Below are positions 1 to 11,806 of a DNA stretch of 64,000 nt, in pieces. A program made the translations under genes and the position numbers. The DNA is taken from NCBI RefSeq assembly GCF_006345805.1, contig NC_043004.1:43090001-43154000 (forward strand), in the 5' to 3' direction. How positions within the stretch are numbered: position 1 is the first letter of the stretch; each line of letters begins with the position of its first letter. Origin of the DNA: Octopus sinensis. Taxonomy: Eukaryota. The notes beneath the pieces were generated by a model, which worked only from the letters and a program-made list of their open reading frames with translations, was not told the origin of the DNA and ran no database searches.

Positions 1-1305
1 TTTCGCTGAACAGAGTACCAGTTTCATTGCCACGATTGATCAGTAATGTTTACAAAAGTACGTGACTATTTTTCTGACATCTAAATTCTCAGTGACTGAA
101 ATGATACGGGGACAACTCCATATCTGTAGCCTGCTAGGAAACTACGAACGACTGGTGTTTGTGCATCTTCCATACACGTGTCGTATTGTAATATAATCCT
201 CTTTTACAAAAATAGAGAAGTCTAACTGTCGTTATCAGACATATGGTTAATCATTACGAACATGCAAGAAACAGTTACTATGCCTGTGTAGTTGAAGTGG
301 GCTGGCTTTTGGGAAGTATTATCTCCCATATGGTGCTACGTTAGTCATAACCGAGAGAGGGTAATACAGGTTTTAGGGGTTTACAGCTGAAATGTTGAAC
401 AGATTCACAATGTATTGCTTCTGCAGATAGCTTGAACAATTCACTTATTTTGAAAGCACTTACCTATACCTGTATATATATATATATATATATATATATG
501 ATTCTAGATCATAACGCCTGTTTCGACGTATCATGCACCAGTAACTTCGGGTTTAATTTCTAAACGTACATAATTTTTCATTTCACTTTTCATCTGCACA
601 TACGATCCCTTAAAACAGCGTCTCACCTGCAAGGTACCAGTGCATGAAAGGTCTTCTGAATTCCATTTTCTTTTTCACGACTTTTTCTAAAATGTAGGGT
701 CACAAAGGATTCCCTGAAGTAAATTCAGTGGGATATAGCTCTATACTGTTGTTGATCGCGGTTAGCCGAATCCTGTGAACAGGCTTTATGCAGCATACAT
801 ATAAAATTCTTATCTAAAATTTTCGAGTTCTAATCAAAAATGAACACGAATACCGATGTTCCATATGGTAGATTTGATACTTGTCGAGGCATCCTCTAAC
901 CAGGACACGAATAGTAGCCTTTATACACAAATAAAGAACTTTTATTCAACAAGGCGGAGTTAAGCACTCATTCTCATTATTTCATATTCACACACACCCC
1001 CACGCCCACACACACGTACACGCCCACGCACACATACACGAACGCCCGGCCGCTGCGCACACACACATATAGTGAGAAGAAGAGTTAGGGTGGTAATGAT
1101 AATATGAAGATGGTACCACTTGCTTCTATGTACGTTTCAACATTTTGCTTGTTTAAAGCTTCCATTAGATCTTATAGTGTAATCGAATGATTAGCCACAG
1201 CTCATTACCCGGCAAGACATGTCGTTATGATGCAAAGATGTAAATCTCCTACATTTATATTCTATGTTATAATTTGTTATAGTATTAAGCATAGTAGTAG
1301 CTTAC

Positions 1306-1536
1306 CCAATAAACTGGAAGCGGTTTTGATGATCATACTATCTGCGGAACACTAAAGTAAATGTATATGTATGTATATACAAACGATTGGTGATAATATT
1401 AATAATGTTGAGCAAATTTCTCTCAAAGCATTGAACAGCACGAAGCTAGAGTAGAAAACTCTTTCTCAGGTTACTTACATGGGGGCGCAAATAATATCAG
1501 CAAATTTACAAAGGGAATGTTAACCAAAGCTTGTTC
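1306..1536 (-). other. Two candidate small spliced exons (1479-1536 and 1306-1341), unknown product
   Basis: Minus strand: ttttcattcctaaacag|GAACAA...CCCCAT|gtaagt and tgttccgcag|ATAGT...TTGG|gtaagc. They join in frame as EQALVNIPFVNLLILFAPPYSMIIKTASSLL across a 137-nt intron. No homology recognised. Confidence 0.25.
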
Positions 1537-2044
1537 CTGTTTAGGAATGAAAATAGGACGTAATATCGTATTAATATTTTGAGGTTTTTGCCAACATAAT
1601 TTAAGTGTTAGGGTTATATCACAGACAGATTATGTCTTCGATTTCATTAATATTGCCTGTTTAATATTGCTCAGTAATTGTTGCAAACTGTAAACAAGAA
1701 GTATGTAGCAACGCACATGATGAAAATGACATTTCTGTAACAAAGCTGAATAGATTTTAAAGATATTGCTTTTTAAAACTGTACTTCGAAGATTATGCGT
1801 ATATGAACGCAATTTAAATTCACCAATTTCGAAGAAATACAATGCAAATTGTAATTATGTATTTCATTCATCTCTATAAACTTCCATCTATCTTGAATGT
1901 TTCAAACTAGATGTAGAATTTGCACGTTCATTAACAACATAGTAAAATATAGGTACCGTATCATACAGCGAACATAATAATCAAACACCTAACTAAAACT
2001 GTGCAGAACATTCTTGGTGGCTAAAGTGTATTCCAGGTGACTTA

Positions 2045-2535
2045 TCATGTGCTATTCAGCAAATATTCTGCTTACTACCACAGATTTCATTGTCAGTTGT
2101 TTGACGTTAACCAGCTAAGCTTGTCCCTTTGTGGCTGATGATATATGCATCTCTGATCACGACCAGAAGTAGAGGACTAGCATCAGAGCCATGCGTTGAA
2201 AATAATTCTTTGGGGTTTGGATAATAATTCACCTTCGGAAACATGGGTGCTTCGTTCAACATCCTTAAACAACACTTATTAAGAGACCTTTTCAGAGATA
2301 TGGGCTACCGTACTTAAAGAAAATTCGAACTGGACCCCACCTGCAAGGTCATGTGGTGTGTATCTTGATTTGATAAACCTATGTTTATGATGCCTGTGCC
2401 TGCTGCGCACTTATCAGACGGGTAGTAATGATGGGCTTCGTATATTTTACTCCAGCGTCACTTTGATGACACGTACCCCTCTCTCACTCAGTCAATAATA
2501 ATAACAGCAACAACAACAACAACAACAACAATAAT
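2045..2535 (+). mobile_element. Dispersed SINE/LINE-tail-like repeat, copy 1, ending in (AAT)/(AAC)n
   Basis: Colinear with 2540-3150 (aacatgggtg..catccttaaacaac..ccccacctgcaagg..cttatcagac..cactcaataat) and ends in a simple-repeat tail. Confidence 0.6.
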
Positions 2536-2539
2536 GAAT

Positions 2540-3102
2540 GCCTTGTTAGAGTACCGGGCAGTGGCTATACATGGCTTCTGATCTTAACTGATTGGAAGTG
2601 CTTTCATGTACATGCTTTGTTTTGGTATAAAAGATGGTCTACAGCAATAATTCTGCTCAATACCGAAAGATTTGTGACTCAGTCGTTTAACCTTAACGAG
2701 TTGACCATGTCTCTTGTTGGTTGGCTATATGTGTATCCCTGATTACGGACAGAAGCAGTGGGGGAATATCATAGCCATGTTTTGAAAGAAATTCCGTGGA
2801 GTTTGAATGATTTAACATTGGAAACATGGGTGTTTCATTAATCATCCTTAAACAACTCCTATTCAGGGATCTTTGAGCGGAACGAACTATTCCACCTAAC
2901 GAAAATTCTAACTGAGCCCCACCTGCAAGGGCATGCGCTGTTTATCTTGATATGAGATCACAATGTCGCGCACATGCTTGTGATGCATGTGCCTGTTGTA
3001 CGCTTATCAGACAGGTGGTCATGATTTGCATATTGGGCTGCGTATATTTGTACCCCAGTGGCATTTTGATGGCATGTGCTGCTCTGTCACTCACTCAATA
3101 AT

Positions 3103-3150
<48 letters not shown>
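2540..3150 (+). mobile_element. Dispersed SINE/LINE-tail-like repeat, copy 2, ending in (AAT)n
   Basis: Diverged tandem copy of 2045-2535 with a longer 5' part and an (AAT)n tail. Confidence 0.6.
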
Positions 3151-3151
<1 letters not shown>

Positions 3152-3286
3152 GTAGTAGTAGTAGTAGTAGTAGGTCAATTTGCGGGGTCGATAAATTAAG
3201 TATAAGTACTGGGGTCGATCTAATCGACTGCCCCCTTCCCAAAAATTCGCGCCTTGTTTCTAGAGAGTAGAAAGGAATATTAATAA

Positions 3287-3321
<35 letters not shown>

Positions 3322-3353
3322 GCAGTAGCAGTAGTAGTAGTAGTAGCAGCAGC

Positions 3354-3387
<34 letters not shown>

Positions 3388-3446
3388 ATAGTAGTAGTAG
3401 TATTAGTAGTAGTAGTAGTGGTAGTAGTAGTAGTAGTAGTAGTAGT

Positions 3447-3522
<76 letters not shown>
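3100..3522. repeat. Compound trinucleotide microsatellite (AAT)n/(AGT)n interrupted by a SINE 3' fragment at about 3172-3275
   Basis: Direct reading. It explains the poly-I/N/S/T/Y/L ORFs. The insert carries ggggtcgataaattaagta..ggggtcgat, shared with 28833-29062. Confidence 0.95.
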
Positions 3523-3523
<1 letters not shown>

Positions 3524-4380
3524 TGTGGTGGGGGAGGTGTGTTCGTGGTAATCTCACTAACAACGAGGAATATCAGAATGATTATGATTCTGGTAATAAA
3601 TCAAGAAGTTATCTGATGATGTATGGTTCAACATGTTTCAGTAATCAATTCTGTTAGAAAAGAGGCGCATTTATATCGAGTCAGAGTTAAAACGCTCTAA
3701 TAAAACCTTCAAAGCTTCTAAAATGCTATTTTGTCACCATTTTATCTGGGCGACTGCTTTACCGATCTGATGGCTGTCTCGGTGTGTGGAATATTGATTT
3801 CGCGTGAATTGTTGTTTTTATCATTCATATGGTGCGATCAATAATGCTTAGTAAAACACCCAAATAAAAAAGCAATGAATGAAAAAATGTAAAAAAAAAA
3901 CAATTTAAATGAATACGAATTAAAAATAAAGATAATGTATGATTTAAAACGTGTCAAAATAATGTAGTTATTGATTTATGAGATTTTAACTTGCAGGCAA
4001 AAACCGAGTCCATGTTTTAAGATTTTTGTCATTATTTGAAAATGATATTTTTTGATCATTTTACCAATCATGATATTCTTAAAAAAGTTTCGTTAATTTT
4101 ATTGTAGTTATATTAAGAAATAAAAAGAAAAAAATTGATAAGAATGCAAGTTTTACGAAAGGAAAACATATCTAATAGTTGATTTAGGTGATCAAAATAT
4201 GTATGAAATAAAATATCTGATAATATCCTGAGATACTGCAAATTTGTATTTTTCATCGTCGCACAATATACCAAGCAGAACTATATAAATTTCATAAATG
4301 TAATGCTCTTGCATAAGATGATAGCTAATATAGAATATGATCACGACGAAATAATATCGAGCATGTAGTAAACTTTTTTA

Positions 4381-4777
4381 ATAGGCGTAGGAGTGGCTGT
4401 TAATAGGCTGCGAACCACATGGTTCCGGGTTCAGTCCCATTGCGTGGCACCTTGGGTAAGCGTATTCTTCTATAATCCCGGGCAACCAAAGCCTTGTGAG
4501 TGGATTTGGTAGAAGGAAACTGAAAGAAGCCCGTCGTATATATGTATATATATATATGCGTGTTTGTGTGTTTGTGTTTGCCCTCCCAACATCGCTTGAC
4601 AACCGATGTTGGTGTGCTTACGTCCCCGTAACTTAGCGGTTCGGCAAAAAAGCGACCGATAAAATAAGTACTTGGCTTACAACGAATAAATCCTGGAGTC
4701 GATTTGATCGACTAAAGGCGGTGATCCAGCATGAACACAGTCACATGACTGAAACAAGTAAAAGAGTAAAGAGTAAG
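4381..4777 (+). mobile_element. tRNA-derived SINE, family A
   Basis: Head ataggcgtaggagtggctg, B-box-like ggttcagtccc, internal (TG)n and an aaagagt tail. Colinear with 48804-49206 and 49210-49625. Confidence 0.85.
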
Positions 4778-5700
4778 CATGAAGTTAAAGATGTGATCAA
4801 ATGATTGAAGAACAAAACACCTTCATCTACACGTAAACAAAAATCTTCACTAGAAATTCCTTAACAACAGGTGTAAAGATTCACCACCCATGTTTCAATC
4901 ATACCAATTGATTTGCACATAACAATAGAATGCCAAACGTCACTTTATCCCTATAAAACATTATAATAAAACTTACGTAAACTTAAATACTTAAACTTTA
5001 TGCATCTGGTTTAAAGAATTGTAAGTGTTTTATATACTTCTGGATGAAGTTTATACTCTGCACCACATTTCTTTTAAATGTATATAATCAGCATGTTTAA
5101 AATTCGTCTTTTTCATTTATGTGTGGTAAATATTAAACAATATACCATAAAACTGTCCAAAAACACATTTCAAGGTGCGATTTGAAGATAAAATGTTAAA
5201 AATATAATGCGAGTTGGTTTTTCAAAAGTATATACGTATGCGAGAAGCATTGCCCAGGAAGTTCATTTTTCTGTATTTCAATGCTACAGAAATTACTTCC
5301 GAATAAACAATTTTTCTGATAAAAAATAATATACAAATTAGAGCAAGCAGAACTATGTAATACGAATTAGACTAATATAAAAACCATTAAATTTACACGA
5401 GAAAAATTATGAGAATAAATAATTATGAATCGTATTCGAAGAACTATAAACACGCTATCGAAGAATAAAACTGTATGAGTAAAATATTGGTGCATTTAGA
5501 TACATCTATGTATCCTCATAATCTAAACTTGCCTACACACTTATTTTGCTCTCTACGCAGTTGCAACAAATTTTTATTTTCGACAGTTTCTCCTGTACTG
5601 TATAGCAGTATTTTACTGTTAAGTATTTCAGTATCTGATGAGAACTATAAGTTGATCTTATCACAAGTTTGCGTGATAGCAGAAACGCAAACACACACAC

Positions 5701-5736
<36 letters not shown>

Positions 5737-5816
5737 ACACACATACAAGCATACACATACATATATATATATATATATGTAGTACGTTTAAACTGGCAAA
5801 ATGACCATTCCTAAAT

Positions 5817-5855
<39 letters not shown>

Positions 5856-5989
5856 CTGCTCGCTTAGCCAGCGGGGTGGCGTCATTTGAAGGCTAAAACA
5901 ATGCGAAGCGCATTGTGACCAGCGATGTGTAACAACATCTGATGACCTTGTCGGTCACGGAGAAAAAAAAAATATATATATATGTTGGT

Positions 5990-6188
5990 AAAAACGGTAG
6001 GATAACACAAGAAAGAAAGATACCTCAATATTATGTAAATAGATCAAATTTATCTGTAAAATAATATGGGACTATTATTCAATAGCCAAGATAAAACTCT
6101 GAGTTTCGGATGCCGAAGTGGAAATTCACATCCGAAACTCAGAGTTTTATCTTGGCTATTGAATAATTGTCACATATTATTTTACAGA

Positions 6189-6190
<2 letters not shown>
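5990..6190 (+). mobile_element. Short (TA)n-associated element with fold-back palindrome; sister of 19220-19430
   Basis: Matches the reverse complement of 19220-19430. Contains a perfect 39-bp inverted repeat (6074-6112/6129-6167). Confidence 0.75.
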
Positions 6191-6194
<4 letters not shown>

Positions 6195-6278
<84 letters not shown>

Positions 6279-6290
6279 CATATGCACATA
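6195..6290. repeat. (TA)n microsatellite
   Basis: Direct reading. Confidence 0.95.
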
Positions 6291-6459
6291 TATGTAAATA
6301 TGCGTGTGTGTGTGTATGCATGCATATTTGTGTGTTTGCATACACTTTTATGGAGATGCATGTACATAATGTAACGTAATTTCCTTTAAAAATAATTACC
6401 TCGGAAAACATGTCTGCATTTTAGATGACATATGAAGAAATTTCCACAGGCGAGGAATA

Positions 6460-6491
6460 GATAGATAGATAGATAGATTGATTGATTGATT

Positions 6492-6558
<67 letters not shown>

Positions 6559-6570
6559 TGATAGATAGAT
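6460..6570. repeat. (TAGA)n/(TTGA)n microsatellite
   Basis: Direct reading. It explains the LSIY-repeat ORFs. Confidence 0.95.
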
Positions 6571-9500
6571 GGAGAGAGTGAGAAAGAGAGAGCAATAGAG
6601 CGATACTGAGGCAGGTAGGTAAAGAGAAAGAGAATGAGACACACACACACAGACGAAAAGAGTCTGATGAATTTAACTGGTTGATGGAATTCAATATATT
6701 TGCATCTGGGAGACACTAGTGATTAATTTGCAAAATGTCTCATATTTAAATCGGTACCCTCACTCATTTTAGAATGTAAATACACCTCTTCCCTTTCCCC
6801 TAGTCACAACAAAACGAAGTCGTAGCAAATTATTTTCATAAAAGCAAACTATATATTATGATGCGTGGTAAGCTTTACAGAGAAGATTGCGATAATAAAG
6901 TTTTCTGAACAGCATAACATCCCTTAGGTAATCAGTATACTTTCTTTGGAAATTCTTTTGTAAAAAATATAGATATACAAATGCTTTTAAATAAGGATCA
7001 TGAAATAAAAATTATAGTTCTGCCTTGTAATGTACCTCGTGTATAAAATATACCATAATTCTCCTTTAAAATGCATGTTTAGTGAGTATTTTGATCAGTG
7101 TGACGCTTCTTAGAAGCAATGCATTCCTATTTAAACTAGTCTTATGGAAATAAAAAGAAAATGCTGCACAATATCACAAAGATCACGAAATATAATACAT
7201 AACCCGCTGCCTTTTATTGTACTGTATACATAAATTGTAACGTAATTTCATTTTAAAATAGTTACCTCGGAATATATATATATGCACAGAAGGTGACATT
7301 TTAAGAAATTTCCTGTTTACAAATGGTGACAGAATATTTTTATAGTTTCATCTGTTCTGTGAATATTGTGTACTTTGTATGAGGAATGTCGAATCCTTAT
7401 ATTTTGAAACACATTGTTGGAGAGGGTGGAATATGTTTTATTTGTTTATTGATGTAACCTAGAGACGGATCTTATGAATTTTCATTGTAAGTTATCTCTC
7501 TCAGATGAAGGTATACATTAGAATGTGCACTTAGATTGAAGGATTTAGTATAGAGGCTGGGTAGCGAAATTTATTTTCCCAAGAGAGTTCCAGACACGTT
7601 ATGAACTCATTTGCTTACAGCCAGCCAGGCCTCAACTACCAATCTAATTTATGATCACATAAAAACTGATGGGCGATGAGATAAGGTCACTCGGGTAAGG
7701 AATGAACATCTTTTCTCTTTTAATAATACTTCTTGTTCTTGTTTTTGTTTCAACCATGGCTGACTCTATGTTATTTGCGTTGTTATTTGTTTGGTTTCTT
7801 GAACAAAAGCTCATAAAATGAATAAAACCTCGTTTTTCGCTGAAGATCACAGGAAAATGCATATGTGGCACTCGGATAGCCAAAGATGCATAAACAATGC
7901 ACACACGTCGATAATTCGTATCAATGGATCAATGCGTATTTATAAGACCTTCAAGCGGTTTCCGTACTTTTATATTCCTCAAAAATGTTATCTTTGATTG
8001 CTATAGTAATTCAAACTTATCACTAACCAGTGTATGTGTTCAAAATCAATGATATTGGCATCCAAATGACTGCACAATACAAGATTTGCATGGCAATCGG
8101 AGGTCATCAGTTTGAATGTCAACCTTTGTTAACTTGACAAAAAGGTCAAGGTGAGCACGGATTAGCTGCATGCAAATGAGTTCATTATTGGGGACTGTAA
8201 CTCTCGTGGTAAAAATATTTCGCGGCCGAGTAAGCCTTACATTTGGGTTTCTATTATTCTGCCCTCTTCAGCCTTTAAATTTATCAGCGTGAGGCAGCCC
8301 TTCCAAGTTTCCTATAGCTTTCAGGCAGTTTTTAGTTCTTAATTTTTTTCACATACACCCAATTTCCTATATACGAGTCTCACAGCTCTTGTTTTCGGTT
8401 CGGGTACTATCAGTAACATTCGAAGATATTCCAAATTTTATTACGATTTACTTTGCTTTCTCCCTCTTAATAATATGACAGCTAAGCCAGAAAAAACAAC
8501 ACTACATAGGTAAGTCTGAAATTAAAGCAAAATTAATTTCATTGCCACGGTTCAATTTAAAGTACTCTGAATAAGTTACATATTAATTCCCCTCTCTTGA
8601 GTGGAAGGCGTTTTTTTATAGAACATTTCGGTATATTTACAAATATATTTATTTTCGTAAATACCTACATTCCACGACTGTGTTGAAACAATAACATTGT
8701 TTTTTTTTATGGATAGTTTAACAACGTTACACTTTGATGTTATATCATATATATGACTATATAAATTGGGTATTAAAATAAGAATCCAGTTTTTGCATGC
8801 CATGTCACATACCGAGTTAATGATATTGAGCTCCCATATGAAAGCATTTACTCAATGAAGACTTGAAAACCAAACGCCATCTGATTATTGTATCGCAAAA
8901 TGTATGAAGTCTGATTCAGTAGGATAGTTGAAAATATATCCATGGAGATATTGAGTGAAACAATAGTATATCAGTAGATGGAAGAATTGTTGCAAAAAAT
9001 GGTTCACTTCAACACAAATAGATTCATGTTATCATGATATTAGTTGTAACTTCTAAAAAAATACATTTCATTTATTCGCTGAAATATCTTTCAGCCTTGA
9101 GAGGTACTGGATACTAAATTAGAATTCACGTAAGTTAAATTAAAAAAACAAAATTTTCAATAACCTACATTGTTTAGCTTGCCTTTCCATGTTGTAGGAA
9201 GCATAACTTCCTTTTTGGCTGCACGAATATTAGTAGTTAGGAAACCATTTAGAATTACTTTAGAAGCTCGCATTAATACAAATTCAAAACCTCAATGAAA
9301 TATCTCAAGTATAAAATCTATTTCAAAATAATGATTTTCATTTAATATCAACCAGAAGTATTTTCATTACTTTTAATATCTACAACAAAATATTTCAGGC
9401 TACTGATCACAGACATCTATAAAATATGAAAGGAGGATAGATTTAAATGTCAATCAACTTAGGTTATATAAACCATAAAATGTTTGAGATTTTGAGATTT

Positions 9501-10123
9501 TTCATATGACTGAAACATAGCAGAAATAATAAAATTAAGACAACCGCATTACATTTTAAATTGGAACAGATTGTCTTGTAACTTTAACATTTACAATAAT
9601 TGTTACAAATCTGCATATATTGCGTTTGAAACGACGGATATAAGAAAGTAACTCATCAATTTTATAAATATACATATATATATATATATATACATAATTA
9701 TACCTAATACACATGATTAAATTCATACGATATAGATATATGTGCAGGCATATATATTTGGGTTTAGAACGAGTGTTTTCCTTCATCTAATTCAGGTCGT
9801 TCACTAGCGGATTGACGTGGTGCTTTTCTCTAAGTTAAAGACATTCTTGGGGGTTTTTGGTAACAATAAATGCTGGATGTATGCAAATATGTGTAGGCTG
9901 TGTGTATGAGAATAATATTTCGCTCTCGTCATTTTGGATTATACACATAAGCAGTAATAAGCCATAAGTTGCATTACTGTTCGTGTGCATGCATAGGTAT
10001 TCCATGTCTATATGTGATGGAGAGTATGTGTTCACTGTTGAATATAAAATGGAGAAACAGCGTAATAAGCTATTGTATGTGGAGAGTTTACGATACAAAC
10101 AAGGTGATAAATTTTCGAAGTTT

Positions 10124-10427
10124 ACATTGCTATTAGAACAGCGGAAATAATGGGTAAATTAACCCTTAGAGGGTGGTGAAAAGTCGTCAACAGCCATGGG
10201 AGCAGAAAACGTATCCTCTAAGACACACGTTGTGTGCTATACCACTAAGCTAAACTGCCCGTTGACACCTAATCCACCGATTTGGGACGCTAAATAGCTT
10301 CTTGAAGAACCAAGTGTGCAAATATAAATAAACCCACATTTGTTTTTGGTAGAAGCGTTAGAATGTGTATTGTACGATAGAAACAAGGGTATTTTACTCA
10401 TTATTTCTGCTGTTCTAACGGCAATGT
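10124..10427. mobile_element. Candidate degenerate MITE (about 44-bp imperfect terminal inverted repeats)
   Basis: acattgctattagaacagcggaaataatgggtaaattaaccctt (10124-10167) vs the reverse complement of 10385-10427, acattgccgttagaacagcagaaataatgagtaaaataccctt. No clear TSD. Confidence 0.45.
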
Positions 10428-11477
10428 TAGTGTCTTCCAATCTACCGATCGGAAGACATTATTATTTAACCTTGACTTGTTATCCTCAATGGTGAATGTC
10501 GGAGCTAAAAGAATTAGACGTTTCCATATACAAATAAACACAGAAGTAATTTCAATGTTTTTTTGTAAAAACAGGCGAGATTAGAGATAATTAAATAGAT
10601 AAATATAAGTTCTAAACACGGAACTAAAAACGAAAATAAATATACGTTTAAAAAATATGTTGTGTATGTAAACTTACAATGGTGGTTTGTCTAACAGTAA
10701 CATCCGCTAGATTTCACTAGACAGTGTATAACTTTTTTTCCCAAATTCTATATCGGAACGAAGAGTTTAACTGAACACATGAAGTCTGATGATGGTGTGG
10801 TCTGTTAAAGCGAGGATCAAATAAAGTGAGTATGCACCGAAGACATTCTAAGCAAGCCCTTTGGTTTTAATTTAAATAACTTAAGGGAAGTTTGTTTGCG
10901 ACAAAACATTACAACCAGCAACGTTCTAGGTGTGTACACATATTGCCTATTTTATTATTTTATGCATATCTATCATCATTCCGCGGTCGATTGTATGAAT
11001 AATTCGGTTAACCGATACCCAGGTAGCAAATTTACGTCAGAAAGCACGGTTGAAGCTATATGCCAAGGGCAGCAATCACGTGCTTTCGTGTGGAAATTTG
11101 TGTTGTTTTACTATTGATAAATGAAAGAATGGAGTCGAACGACGATTTAACAAACTTCCTTTATTCTCGACACAATTTTCGAAGACTGCATATTCTTAAT
11201 TCCGAAGGAATAAAGGGTGCATTATGGCGTCTTCTAATCAGGAATGACAAGGAAGTTATGTCAGCATCATGACGAACAAAAACTTTTAGATGACTGCCCA
11301 CACGGAGTCCATAGTAATAATGAGTGATTCTTTAAAATATTCCGTTATAAGCAGTGACGTCAAAATTGGTTGGATGGATAAGATTCTAAAACGTTCAAGA
11401 GTTCAAAAATGGTTGGAAGCGGCAAGTACTGAGAATAGGGGGTGACAGAGTGAAAGTCGTATGTATGGTGATGCGCA

Positions 11478-11806
11478 TGGTGTGATTCGAAAGAGATTTG
11501 ACTGCTATTTTTAGCTAATCGTGTGTACCCAAAGATGCAATATCGAAAGTGCCCTCCCTTTAAATCATGGTGTGATTCGAAAAGGACTTGACTGATATTT
11601 CTAGGTAATCGTGTGTACCCATTGCTGCAATATCGAAAGTGACCTTCCTTTAAATCATGGTGTGATTCGAAAAAGATTTGAGTGCGATTTTTAGGTAATT
11701 ATGTGTAGCCATTGCTGCAATACCGAAAGTGTCCTTCCTTTAAGACATGGTGTGATTCGAATAAGCTTTGACTGCTATTTCTAGGTAATCGTGTGTACAC
11801 AAAGCT
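11478..11806. repeat. 90-bp satellite, left block (about 3.6 units)
   Basis: Unit ggtgtgattcgaaagagatttgactgctatttctaggtaatcgtgtgtacccaaagctgcaatatcgaaagtgtccttcctttaagacat, period 90. Confidence 0.95.

Noticed and set aside
5930-5970. CTGATGA followed by a hairpin and gaaa
   Set aside because: The hairpin overlaps the core, and helices I and III are absent; it looks like a SINE-type fragment.
8228-8276. Hammerhead on the minus strand (CTGAAGA..GAAAC..GTA)
   Set aside because: Helices I and II do not pair.
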